Under the pieces are notes generated by a model. That model did no database searches, had not been told where the DNA came from, and saw only the letters and a program-made list of their open reading frames with translations. A stretch of 64,000 bases of DNA from Camelus ferus. Lineage: Eukaryota. A program made the position numbers and the translations under genes. Shown in pieces: positions 1 through 12,548 of this stretch. How positions within the stretch are numbered: position 1 is the stretch's first letter; every line of letters starts with the position of its first letter. The stretch is from NCBI RefSeq assembly GCF_009834535.1, contig NC_045696.1, positions 110,052,001-110,116,000 of the forward strand, read 5' to 3'.

Positions 1-679
1 GTGATGGGCACACCTGGTCGCCCGTAAGGCACGTCTGTGGTGGGTGGAGCTCTCTGCTCCAGGGGTGCTCAACAAAATGCCCTGAGGTCACCAAGAAGCT
101 ACACCAAACTGGCAATCCGCTAAAAAGCACCAGATTTTCCACCACAAAAGAGGAGCCAGAGGTGGGTGCGGCAGTTTGGGTGGGTGAGAACAGGGATGTG
201 GATGCCAGGCGCGGTGCATCTATCACTTGCTGCCATATCCCCCGGCAACAACCTCACTGGACTGCAGAGGAGGAGCGACACTTCTTCGCATTCAGTAAGT
301 GAGGAGACAAACTAAAGCCCCCGACTGCCAATCGGCAGAGCCGGCACCAGAAAGCTCCTGGTCCTATGGCCTCACGTAACTCAGATTATTGACATTCCCA
401 GTCTAATTTATTAGATTTAGGAGTCAGAAGGAGGGAAAAAAAAATAGAAAGGAATTTAACTCTCGGGTTGTTCTCATTGGCAGCTTCACACCTTGCAGGC
501 TGCTCGCAGGGCGTGAACCTCACCAGATACCACCTAGACTTCTGTCTGAAAGAGAATTAGGCTGTTTCTTTCCCTCAAAGTTTGTCATCCAACCTTAAAC
601 CACAGTCATCAAGCCCAGATCTGTTTACTAGAGAGCTATGTGAAAAATAAATAATTTCTATTATTTATTTCGCATCTAT

Positions 680-830
680 TAGGTACCAGGCATTGTGCCT
701 GGAACTGGTGATAAGTAATCTCCCTTAATCCTCACGACCCCCTGCATGGACCAATGAGGACACTGAGGCAGCTAGTAAAGGACAGGGCCAAGATTTGAAT
801 CCATGCTTGTCCTTCTAGTCATTATTTCAT
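680..830 (-). mobile_element. MIR SINE fragment
   Basis: ttaatcctcac...gaggacactgaggca...gccaagatttgaatcca resembles the antisense MIR core. Confidence 0.6.
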
Positions 831-3174
831 ACAGCTCACAATCAGCACATATAAACCAAATTAATACTGACATCTTGGATACCTGACAGCATAAACAGCA
901 AAATTAAAGGTCAGATTGATTTAGCATAATATTAGAGTTTGGTTTTGCCTCTCACCTCCTCTAGTCATGCTACAACAGGTAGATGTACAGAATAATGATA
1001 TTGCTGGAAAATGTTCAACACAATTCTTCTGTAAAACTCAATTGCTTCTTTGAACCACCAGTATCTGCAGCTTCTGCAATCTAAAAATCAGGCAGAAGAA
1101 TTCTGAAAACATAGCAAATGAGTAGCTTAGCATTTCACATTGACTTGTAAGTCAAAAGCCAACAGAAAAAGTAAAATCTCCAACTATCTTCAGGCATGTC
1201 CACAGGGTCTGCTGGCACAGAATGGGACTTTTTCTTAGTGCCTTCTCAGCTATACTAACAATCAGCTAATCCTGAAAATGCTCTTCATATTCCAAATTTA
1301 GTCCAAGAGACTTAAATGACATCATCTTTTCTTGTCAGTAGAGTTGTCACTCTAAAACAAAAAAAAGAAAAAAAGTGTCCCTACGCAATGTTTTGACCGT
1401 TGTTCATAGCAGGAGACGATGTTTTCCAATTCCGTGTTTCACCTCTCTCTCTGCCTCACCACCGCTCTCCTCCCCGTCTGCTCCAGACGAGGAGTTCATT
1501 TTGCTTTCCTCAAAGTGTTGAGGATGCCTACTGCCAAGGGGGCAGGTCTGAAGAGGATGGAGAGGTGGGAGTCCTCCATCCCTCGTTCACACGGGGCAGT
1601 GTGAGTGCTGCACCTCTGCCCCCGGGACTGGGAGGCGGGATGGCAACCGCTGCCTCAGACACAAGGACGTGATGCTGGAGTCCCCAAGGGCCCCTCTGCA
1701 CTCGCACTCTAGTTCATCCGCTCTTGCTGGGAGGGAGCAGGGCCCCGCAGCCAGCTCCTCCTGCCCTGAATCCCCGCCACAGCCTTCCAAACCAGGCTCT
1801 GGAGGAGCCCCTAGTGTGCTTTGCTGCCTTCACAAAATGCCCTCCTGTAGCTTGATGGAAACAGTGGTGGGGGGTGGGGTATGGATGGTATTTTACCATG
1901 GGATTCAGGGGCATCTGAATCCCGTCCCACCCTTCCACTGAGGTCCCTGAGGGAAACACACGGAACAGCTCCTGCTGGAGCCCCTCGTATTGTGGGGGTT
2001 CTTTCCTCTAGTGAAAACTGCCTGGGCCTCTGACTCCTTCACAACAGGCCGAGCTCAGGGCTTGTGCATCAGCTCAGTAAGTAGATCAGTACCGGGAAGA
2101 AAAGTCCCTGCACTCGTCTCGCTCATCACCTGGAAGTGACCGAAATTTACAGTTAGGCAGCCTCTTCTCTGCCCAGTTCAGACACACAATCTAATCCTAC
2201 GAGTGATTTTCATCCCTTTTCATTTGCTCTTTACTCAATAACAGCTCTCACAAAGAGAGGAAGGAGGGCAGGCAAATCCAAGCTTTTACCTTTAACCTAA
2301 TTTACCAACTCAAGCTTTAACCAACCACTGAATAGACGACAGGTAGAGAGAGCCTCTGCATTCACAGGGAGAAACATACGTTTTGTTTCAGGACGGTCAA
2401 GTTTTAAGATGCAGTGATATTCTAAGGTCAGATCCGACTGTTGCAAATTTCTGGACATGAGCAATGCTTAAACCATGCTCAAATGTATTCCGTTTTTAAG
2501 GACTATTAATAATACATTTGTAACTACTCAGAGGCTGGTTATAAACTTTCAGAGACAGAATGAGAGTGTAATCTGTCCACAGCAACAGAGACGAATCACT
2601 TTGATAAATTCTTTATGATGGCGCCTCATCTTCTGCAACTCTTGGGTTGGTTAAGAGTCTACAGTTAATCTTTCAATAACTCCTGTGAGCACTTCATTAC
2701 TCGTCAGACTGTGACATCTTGGGTCGTAAAAGAGGTGCTGTTATATAACACAGGCGCTGTGTAGCAGCTTCAGGTCATGAATATTAAGAGACAGCCTCAA
2801 ATGAGTTGATCTTAAAGAGCTTCCTGCCAACCTCCCCCAAGAAATAAACCAGAAAAGGCACTGTCTGTCCTTGGAGGTATTCTGAAAGCAGGAATGACAG
2901 GTGCAGGCACTGTGTCCTTTGCAGCTTTCATGGTTGCCATCCCTCTCACCAAGCCATGACTGACAATTATGTTGTTGGGCATAAGATCAACCTAGGAATT
3001 CTCCTTCCTCATATTATCCTTTTCTGGCTTTTGCATTAAACATATAGTAATCTCTTAAAGTGGATTGTGAAGCACTTAACTGGTTAGTTTTATCAATTGA
3101 CATTTATTGCTCCTACTGATATTTGTATTTATTGCTACCTTGTCCTATTTATACAACTTTCTCTATGTTCATTT

Positions 3175-3945
3175 TTTTTTAACATTTTTTATTGAGTTAT
3201 AGTCATTTTACAATGTTGTGTCAAATTCTAGTGTAGAGCACAATTTTTCAGTTATACATGAACATACATACATTCATTGTCACATTCTCTTTCGCTGTGA
3301 GCCACCACAAGATCCTGTATATATTTCCCTGTGCTACACAGTACAATCTTGTTTATCTATTCTACATTTTCAAATCCCAGTCTTTCCCTTCCCAGACCCC
3401 AACCCCCTGGCAACCACAAGTTTGTATTCTATGTCTATGAGTCTATTTCTGTTTTGTATTTCTGTTTTTTTTAAAATTCTGCATATGAGCGACCTCATAT
3501 GGTATTTTTCTTTCTCTTTCTGGCTTACTTCACTTAGAATGACATTCTCCAGGAACATCCATGTTGCTGCAAATGGCATTATGTTGTCAGTTTTTATGGC
3601 TGAATAGTATTCCATTGTATAAATATACCACTACTTCTTTATCCAGTCCTCTGTTGATGGACATTTAGGCTGTTTCCACATTTTGGCTATTGTAAATAGT
3701 GCTGCTATGAACATTGGGGTGCAGGTGTCATTTTGAAGTAGTGTTCCTTCTGGATATATGCCCAGGAGCAGGATTCCTGGGTCATATGGTAAGTCTATTT
3801 CCTAGTCTTTTGAGGAATCTCCATACTGTTTTCCACAGTGGCTGCACCAAACTGCATTCCCACCAGCAGTGTAGGAGGGTTCCCTTTTCTCCACAGCCTC
3901 TCCAGCATTTGTCATTTGTGGACTTTTGAATGATGGCCATTCTGA
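3175..3945 (-). mobile_element. 5'-truncated lineage-specific L1 (ORF2 C-terminus + 3'UTR + polyA)
   Basis: ORF2 tail peptide MEYYSAIK...FAATWMFLENVILSEVSQ; T-tract at left end; perfect 15-bp TSD TCTCTATGTTCATTT at 3160-3174 and 3946-3960. Confidence 0.95.
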
Positions 3946-3960
3946 TCTCTATGTTCATTT

Positions 3961-5140
3961 CTAATTGCTTTCCTTTGGACTATATTGTTTTCTTATCACA
4001 TTTTTTTTAACTCTGTTTGTTTGTCATTTCTATTCTTTTAGTGGTTGCCTTAAAATTCTGCCATGACTACTTTACTTGACAATGTCTACGTTAACTGATG
4101 AATTTTCCTTCTTCTCAAATACCATAAAGGAATTAAAAAGACTTTGATTCTGTTCAATCCCTCTCAACTTAAATGCTACTATTTTCCAGTATGTTTCTTC
4201 AGTTTTGTTTTGTTCTGTTTTTTGACCTTACAAATTAGACATTATTATGTTGTTTAATGCAGAAAATTGTTTGCCAGTTTCTTTGGTGACTATTCCTTCC
4301 TATATTTAAGACCCTCCTTCTGAGAAAATTTTTCTTCTTCCTGAAGCACATATTTTGGAAATTCTGTAAATGAGGGTCAATCTGTGAAATGCTCTATTTG
4401 CCAAAAATTTGAAAATGTTTTTATTTTGCTTTGATGCTGTAAAGATCGTTTCACTGTATCCATAATTTTAAATTGACAGTTATTCATCAGCATTTTAGAG
4501 AGATTATTTTACTGTTTCGTGGATGCTGTAATGGCCGTAGAGAAGTCAACTGTCAGTTTAAGTGTTATGCCTTTATAAGTAAACTTCTTCTCTGTCTACT
4601 TTTAAGATCATCACTTTATCTGCAGTCTCATTGTTTGCATATTCAGGTGTGGAGTCCTTTGATTTTTTGCTTCCCACTTACAGTACTCCCAGAATCTTGG
4701 TATTTACACCTTGCATACATCCTAGAAAATATTCTGAGCTATTATGTCTTCCAATATTTCTTCTCCCTCACTGACTCTATTCTCTCCTTCCCAAAGCCTT
4801 AATCATACCAATTAGGCCTTCGTAAGCTATCTTCCATGTCTCAATCTATCTTTCAAATTTTGTACCTTACTATTTCTCCATAACATATTTCAGGTGATTT
4901 CTTAAGCTCCGTGTTCCAGTGCATTAATCCTTTTTGAAAGATATTTAATCTGCTATTTAATCCATCTGCTGAGTTTCAAATTCCAATGATTACATAGTCT
5001 GTAATTTTGTAAGTTCCAGCTGGTTCTTTTTTCAAATTTAACTGGTCAATTTTAATAGTCTATTATCTCATGAACCCCCTACCCCATTTTTCATCTCTTA
5101 TTTGTTCAAATATTTTTACCTATTGTGACATATTATCTTC
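3961..5140 (-). mobile_element. Ancient L1 (L1M-type) internal fragment; probably continues at ~5710-6200 and left of 3160
   Basis: T-rich degenerate antisense L1-like sequence (e.g. gaaaatattctgagctattatgtcttccaatatttcttctcc). Confidence 0.55.
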
Positions 5141-5706
5141 TCCTAAAATGGGTGCAACAATATTTCTAGTATCAAATTCCCTCTCAGAACCTTGCCAACC
5201 CTCATCAGGAGGTGAAGTCTATTTCCCCTTCCCTCAAACCCGGCCAGGCCTTTGTGATTTCCTTGACGAAAAGGATGCTGGGGAAGTCATGCGTCAGGAC
5301 TCTGGGGCTAGGTTAGAAACAGTGATACAGCTTCTGCCTGGCTCTCTCTGCAGATGCTCTGGAGACTAGACACCAGGCTGTGAGGAAGCCCAGGCCATGA
5401 GGCGAGGCCACATTTGGATGTCCTGCCTGATAACTCCAGCTAAGGTCTCAATCACAACTACCATGAACCATGGGAAACAGAGTGAAGGAGCTTTCAGAGT
5501 ATGGCAGCAGCCAGTGGCTGAGTCCTTCCAGGCTTCCAGGCTTCCAGCCATCCAGCCGTGGACCCAGACAACACAGAGCAGACACAGACCACTCCGCCTG
5601 GATCCTGAGTTCCTGACCCACAGACTCCATGAACATAACAAATGGCTGTTTTATGCCACTGAATTCTGGGGTAATTTACTAAACACTGACAGATTATGAG
5701 AATACC
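5140..5706 (+). mobile_element. MaLR LTR (MLT1F/G/H-like)
   Basis: aggtgaagtctatttccccttccctc, gaggaagcccagg, cctgacccacaga...gttttatgccactgaattctggggtaattt...aataca. Confidence 0.8.
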
Positions 5707-6271
5707 AGTGAGTTCATACTCAGTATCTCATCTTTCCAATAGCTAAAATTCTTGGCAATCTAAATCAATCTCTCTCCCCCCACCCTCCTTCCCTTTCCTT
5801 TCCCTCCAGAGTCTCTCTTTTGCTGACTCCCACTATCACAGCTCGTTTCCTTATATATTTGACAACATTGTCATTGAGATCTTGTATTTGGCTAAAGTTA
5901 ATCTGTAGGTGTCCTGAGGCCCTTTGGTTGAGGATGCTTTCCTACCAAGAGAATTTCCATTTGCTTTGGCTGGCTCCCAGAAGGTGCTATCATTGGAATT
6001 ATTTTTATTTATATCTCCTGTCAGAGTAACCCATACGGAACATGTAATATGAATTCAAAATCCAAACTGTAAGGAAACAAGACTGTGGCTAGAAATTTTC
6101 TCAAGGGAGGCAGCTTTTACTACTATTTGCTCCACTTATAGCCATAACAGTGACTGATAAGTTTGTTTACTGACCGCCTTTGCTGCAGGTGGATATTTCC
6201 TAAGCACATTGATCCAAACTACAAATATTTAATAAATATCTTTTATATGTTCCTTTATGGGCATATGGCTC

Positions 6272-6487
6272 GTGTTCCTTTACATGACATGTTTAGGACC
6301 CCTTCAGTGCTGCAGCCAGGTTTACAATTTAGTTCTTAAAATCACCTCTCCAGTTACCTACTTCTCATACCTAGTGGAATTAACCAGTATCTCTATGAGA
6401 TCACACCTATTATATTTTTCCTTTTATTTTCTTTAATACTCACAGTGACCATAAAAGCCTAGTATGCACAGAAGATGCTGAGGACAC
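6272..6487 (+). repeat. 216-bp inverted repeat, copy 1
   Basis: Reverse complement of 8588-8803 with 4 substitutions, no indels (aligned by eye). Confidence 0.95.
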
Positions 6488-6492
6488 ATTTT

Positions 6493-6709
6493 TTATTTTG
6501 TTTTTGTATTTTAACCCAGCTTTACTGAGGTACACAAGACAAACGAAAATTGTATGGATTTAAAGTATACACCATGATATTTTCATATTTTGTGAAATAA
6601 GCACCACAGTCAAGCTAATTAATCTATTCATCATCTCAAATACCTTTTTCTTTTTTTGGTGGCGAGAATGTTTAAGATCTGTTCTTTTAGCAAATTTCAA
6701 ATATACAAA
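6493..6709 (-). mobile_element. Old L1 (L1MA/MB-like) 3' end fragment
   Basis: cagctttactgagg...tttaagatctgttcttttagcaaatttcaaatatac; candidate 9-bp TSD ACACATTTT at 6484-6492 and 6710-6718. Confidence 0.8.
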
Positions 6710-7149
6710 ACACATTTTGAAAGATGACTATCAGCCAGTCAAGGAAAGCTTGGTCAACAATGAAAACAGGTGAAATTAAATGGATCTCTCGCAAAAGAAG
6801 TATTCCTACAGACAGATTAGAACTCAAAAAGCCTATCAGAAGGGTGGCATGCATCTCACTTGTCTGTATAAATCTGATCATACCTAAAGAGTTAAGTAGT
6901 TTAGTACATGTTTGATAAGCAGTAACACCAGGGATGGGCTAACAGAAAAGACCACACACGGCCCTTACTTCTATTCTTCTTTAGTGAGCTTTTCCCACGT
7001 AATCCGACTCAGTGTGGAGATTTAATGACACTTAGGATCTTTTTCTTTATTTTAGGGCAAAAACATCCACCCAATTTTAGATTCTAGAAACAGAGAATAT
7101 TAAGAGTAGGAACAATCTTGTAGAAAATTTGATGGTCTTTTTTAAATAT

Positions 7150-7290
7150 TCTTTTTATAGGTAGATAAACTGAGATTCCTTAGAAATGGGTACACTGAGG
7201 CTTGGCAAGATGAAATAATTGACAGCAGTGTTAGAGCAGTATTAGTAGCAGAGTCAGTATCAGAATCCAGCTTTTCCGACGCACAGATCA
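7150..7290 (-). mobile_element. MIR fragment
   Basis: ataggtagataaactgaga...tagtagcagagtcagtatcagaatccag. Confidence 0.5.
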
Positions 7291-8379
7291 ATGTCCCTGT
7301 TACGGAACTATTCTTCTTGTTATATGAGATATTTCTTGCGTAAAATAGAAACTTCTGCAGTAGATCACTCTACATTCTGTTTCTCTGAATACCGTACACA
7401 GGAAAGGATGTCAGAGACCTCCTGGTTTAAGCCTCCTGTTTCACAGATGAATGATCAGAGCCTCAGAGAGGCTCCCCTTCTACTCATTTAAATTACAAAA
7501 TGTCATAGCTACTTGACCCTTCCATCTTCCGTTTCTCTGCCTTTCATTATGTTCTCAGCTCTCTCCTTGATTTTATTTTCTATTTGTTCACAGAAACATG
7601 AAATATTTGCTTATGAGTCAAGACTTCCTTATATACTATTTCAAGAAAAACTTGATCAGAACTTAAATCAGAAAAATCTAAAAAGAAAGTGATCTGCTGG
7701 GTCCCAATGTGAACTTTGAGTTAAAGCATCATAAACTGTGTTTAAAACACTTTTTTCTTACTATTACATTGCTAAAAATTTCCTTCAGTCCTTTACAGAA
7801 TAGCCACATAATTCCAGGAGGACAGCATTAACACAGTCTACATGTGAATAGTGCCCCTACCTCTGTGCAGTTCACAGCCTGAATAACCTTAAATAATAGC
7901 CCTGTTTCCATTCATCTCACAGACCCAGACTTTTTCAGCTCTATTAATACTAGCATGGCAGGGAGTTGAAATGAATCATGTTTTACTTTCCTTTCATCCT
8001 TCTCAATCTGTGAACAGCAATATTTACTCCCATGAGTCTATCAAAACCTGAAATTAATGTGGTTCTGGTCACTAACTCATTTACTTCAAGGGCACTCACA
8101 TCAGCAGAGGATGGCAGTGATGGTAACAGAACTCCACAATAGAAAACTGTTAGTGAAACAGTGCTGTGGGAGTTACACAGCAAGGGTGGTTAGAACTAAT
8201 TATTTCTAAGAAGCATGCCTACTGCCTTTATTTTACTCTATACTGCAGGCTGTCGGAAGGAGCAAATGCTTGTCAGGCTGTCTTGTTTCATTAGTTCGTT
8301 ATCCTTCCACCTAGGGTTTTAAGCATAGAGCCAAGAACACAGAGATGACTCATCGACTATACAAGATTCATGCTTCCCT

Positions 8380-8587
8380 CCCACAGTGTGTACTTGTTCC
8401 CGGGAAGTGGCTGCACAGCTACACACAGCATTTCCCAGTCTCCCTGCATCTAGATGGGGCCATACGACTAAACTGAGCCAATGGGATGGGAGTAGAAATT
8501 CATGTGTATTACTTCTAGGCAGAGAAGGGTAAGTATCCAATATCTTTCTCCCTTCTGTGATGGTCCTGGAGGCCAGCACTGAAGACA
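8380..8587 (+). mobile_element. Truncated ERVL/MaLR LTR (MLT1J- or LTR16-like)
   Basis: catttcccagtctccctgcatctagatggggccatacgactaaactgagccaatgggatg; similarity ends at the inverted-repeat boundary. Confidence 0.65.
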
Positions 8588-8803
8588 GTGTCCTCAGCAT
8601 CTTCTGTGCATACTATGCTTTTATGGTCACTGTGAGTATTAAAGAAAATAAAAGGAAAAATATAATGGGTGTGATCTCATAGAGATGCTGGTTAATTCCA
8701 CTAGGTATGAGAAGTAGGTAACTGGAAAGGTGATTTTAAGAACTAAATTGTAAACCTGGCTGCAGCACTGAAGGGGTCCTAAACATGTCATGTAAAGGAA
8801 CAC
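8588..8803 (-). repeat. 216-bp inverted repeat, copy 2
   Basis: Reverse complement of 6272-6487, ~98% identical. Confidence 0.95.
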
Positions 8804-9505
8804 ATCCAAAGAAAATAACAGAATCTCAAAGAGATATCTGTACTCCCATGTTCACTGCAGCATTATTCATAATACCTAAGATATGGAAACAACCTAAATG
8901 TCTGTCAATGGATGAATAGATAAAGAATATACTATATATATAAAAATATATATATATAAATAAATGTATATAGTGTATGTATCTATATCCACACAATGGA
9001 ATATTATTCAGCTATGAGAAAGAAAGACATCCTGCCATTTGTGATGAAACGGATGGAACTTGAGGACACTAAATTAAGTGAAAAAAGTCAGAGAAAGACA
9101 AATACTTGCATGATCTCACTTATATGTGGAATCTAAAATGCTGAAGTCATAGAAACAGAGACTAGAACAGTGGTTACCAGGGGTCTGGGAGAAAGGAGGT
9201 GATGTTGGTTAAAGAGCACAAACTTCCAGTTATAAGATAAATAAATTCTGAGAAACTAACATATAGCATGGTGATTATAGTTAATAATACTCTATTATAT
9301 ACTTGAAATTTGCTAAGAGAATAAGTAGATCTTAAATAGTCTAGTCTCATCCTAAAAAAAGAAATGGTAATTATATGTCATAATGCAAGTATAACTAGCA
9401 CTATAGTAGTGATCATTTTGCAATATAGGTTTATCAAACCAACACGTACACTTTAAACTTATACAATGTTATATGTCAATTATATCTCAATAAAGCTAGA
9501 AAAAT
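8804..9505 (+). mobile_element. L1 (L1MA/MB-like) 3' end, with internal (TA)n-rich expansion at ~8927-8975
   Basis: cccatgttcactgcagcattattc, ggaaacaacctaaatgtc, acaatggaatattattcagc, gatctcacttatatgtggaatc, ending tatctcaataaagct. Confidence 0.9.
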
Positions 9506-12069
9506 ACATATAACTACTGCATTTGTCATAAAATAAAATTTCCTTTTCTTATTAAAAAGTTTTCTACTGTACACATTACAGTTACTTAACGTATTATTCA
9601 AAAAATTGAAAAGCTCTTTATTCTTTAATGTGAAGAAAATTGATTGCTACAGAATTAATTTAACATGATGGTGCTTCTTATAGCTGGGTTCCGAATCAGA
9701 TGAACATACCTCTAAAACGTCATCAGTCATGGGATAAAGATGATCAGGGTTATCCCAGTGGCATCTAAGTAGCCATGGCGACAACTAAGGCTCAACAGTT
9801 GATGTCACTATTGGAGGAGTCTCCGATGAACTGGAAAACTCATCACTAAGGTCTGGCTGCTTCCTTGATTATGTTTTTTTGATACCCCAAACCCCTGTTG
9901 AAATTCACCCGAACAGTCTACTTGTGCAGCTGGTAGACAGTCTTAGTAGCTAAACAACAGGATTTTGCAGGATATTTGCAAATCAATGGGGTTTTCAGAG
10001 TACCGTATGTTGGGCTTTTGGGGACTTTTACTCTATTATGAAAACTGTATTAAATAGCAGATATAATATAATGAATTAAAACTGCCCACATCATTATGAT
10101 CTATAACCACAGGATAAGGGGTTGATTAAAAAACTTCTCTATCCTTTCAACTCTAATTTTCCATTCCTCATTTCTCTTCCTCTTTCTCTAGCCTTCTGCC
10201 ACCCTGATCTCATTTCCTCATATCTTCATATCTCTGGACTCAACTATGACCATTTTTCTAACTCCTTGTACTCCGTTATCTGCATTTCTTCATTCTTTAT
10301 TACTCCAGGATTCTAACCACCTTCAAAATATTTTTATCACCTTCCTTCTCCTCACTGGGCTGTATCATCTTTCTTCCAGGGAAACAAAACACAAAATGGG
10401 TTTCTTCACTGGTCCCATGACCAAATCTTGCAATTTTTTTCTCTTGAAATACTGCCAGTGCTGAAAGAAAATGAGCTATGTTGGGTGGGCTTGGCAGGAA
10501 GGCATGGTGGTCCCTCAGCCGGGAATCAGTGATGATGTGAAAGAAGAGCCAAGTCTGGGCAGAAGGGGCAGGAGAAAACGCAGAAGATACAGACAACGCT
10601 GCTGTGGACAACTTGGCAAGCACAGTGGAATATGTCATATTGGCCTCAGCCTGGACAGGTCATGAGAGCTTGGCCCTGCACCCTAGAAATACCTAAAACT
10701 TCAGGCCAGTCTGCTTCCCTGTCTCAGCTCTGGGTGACCAGTCTGGGCAGGCCCTCGGTGCTGGGGGCTTGTGGGAAACAGAATCCAGTTCTGTAGGGGA
10801 AGATGCTGGCAGAAGCTCAGTGGGCAACCCTCAGAGGTGGGTTTATGGCAGGGGAGACTGGAAATGGCAGGGGAAACTGCAGAAAATTGGAGTGCCAGGT
10901 AGAGAAACCAAGGTAGAAGTCTGAGGCAGGGGTGGGGAGGAGACAGAAAGCGAGGCCCTCAGGACAGCAGCAGGGCAGGTGGGGGAGAGATAGCTGCAGC
11001 AGGACCTTGGAGGTGGCAGTAAAACATCAGTTTACACCCTTCCTGCTCCGAGTATTACCTACTCTGGCTATTCCCTCTACAATGCCTTCAGAGATTTTCT
11101 ATAATTAACCACAGTGTGAGAGAAACCGTGTGAGGGCTCACATTCCCTGCCCTCTGCTGCCCAACAGTGTGTCATATTTGTTTATTCCTGAATCCCTTGT
11201 CACTCTCCAATGCACAGCGGGGCTGTCCCATTACAGCCTCATCAGCTGGAATGAGGCTTAAACGCCATGACTTAGAATATCAGACTCAACACAAATTGCT
11301 AATGTTTCACTTGGCACTGTGAGGGAGATGTCATGTCATAGTTATCGACGCATTCTATCTGGCCTTGTCCACCTCTACCCTCCTGGTCCCACCTGGTACC
11401 CAGAATAAACAGCTGGAGGAGGGGGAGGACCTGCAGCAGCCTGAAGCATCTCTCATCATCTGGTAGCCCCTCAGCAACCACACAAGGGAGCGGCTTTCAA
11501 TCAGCAGCAGGAATGGGTGCAGCATTCTTTGAGGGCTAGATGAAGACACATTTAATTCAAGAAACAATTAAGCAGATGTATATTGGGAGCCAGATTTCTT
11601 TTCCCATCCCTTTTCACAGTTGCTATAATAATCTAAGACTTCTAAAAATATAGCCATAAGGAGGGCACAACCAGAGCTTGCTAACTAAGGAATAATGAGG
11701 GTAAATGGACTCGATTCATCGGCTTATGAAAGGAATGGCCCACTGCCTCAATGGAGCGCAACATTTCCTTTCCCAAATATTACCCAGCCAATGTCTGAAC
11801 TGGGAGCCAACACCCCAATCCTGCTACTGTTTGTTTTATTTGTTTAAACAGACTGAGGGTGAGGTGAGGGTGGGGATGACAAAAAGACCAATCACCAAAG
11901 CTGCTAGAACAAGATGAGGCATATTGCGAGGGAAAGGCTACAGGAGTTCACCGACTGAAGTTGAAACACTCCAAGAAGAAACACACGATCCGATGACACA
12001 ACTTTCCTCAGTGGGTCGTACAGTATTCCCAGGACAAGGCTGGCGATTTAGATAAAACATGGGAGGCTA

Positions 12070-12245
12070 GGCTGTGGGAAAAGATATTGGACTGGGAGTA
12101 AGAAGACCTGGGTCCAGGTTCCTTGCAGGATCTTGGGCACAACACTTGGCTCCTTTGTGTTTCCATTTCCTTAGTGGCAACGTGGTGATACAAATGGCGC
12201 CCAGTAACGGGGTTGTCAGGATGGGGAAACGCTTTGTGAAATATG
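12070..12245 (+). mobile_element. MIR fragment
   Basis: ttggactgggagtaagaagacctgggtcc...gggttgtcaggat...gctttgtgaaat. Confidence 0.55.
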
Positions 12246-12523
12246 AACAGCTTGTTTTCACTAGTCTCTTTTGGTTGCAGTGCTGATTACAGGGACGAAT
12301 CACTGCCTTGCTCCAAGCTTGGAATCCATTAAAACACATACACACATAGAGGAGTCAGAAGTTGAATCAAAACATCACTTTTATTACTAGTTAAGCTGTA
12401 CTTAAGAACATGGCTTGATCCGTGGTTCCTTATTATACCCTAAAACATACTATCTTCTTTTTATCTTCTGTACCTGTCTTCTTGATTATACAGTAAGCTT
12501 CCTGAGAGTAAAGGTTAGGTCTT

Positions 12524-12548
12524 TTTTTTTTTTTTTTAACATTTTTTA
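12524..12548 (-). mobile_element. Ultra-short L1 insertion (polyA + ~11 nt of L1 3' end) inside an L2-like relic
   Basis: T14-AACATTTTTTA matches the L1 termini at ~3175 and ~31145; 15-bp TSD TAAAGGTTAGG(T/C)CTT at 12509-12523 and 12549-12563. Confidence 0.8.

Noticed and set aside
3370..3615. ORF MEYYSAIK... and similar ORFs at 29716-30021, 50551-50760 and 57541-57885
   Set aside because: Remnants of the L1 ORF2 C-terminus or 3'UTR in truncated copies; not host genes.
6272..8803. DNA transposon with 216-bp terminal inverted repeats
   Set aside because: No TSD outside the repeats, no transposase ORF, and the interior is ordinary old L1/MIR/LTR-containing DNA.
1..10000. Orthologue of the human antisense lncRNA TMEM108-AS1
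   Set aside because: I recall such a transcript within human TMEM108 but cannot identify any exon of it from this sequence.
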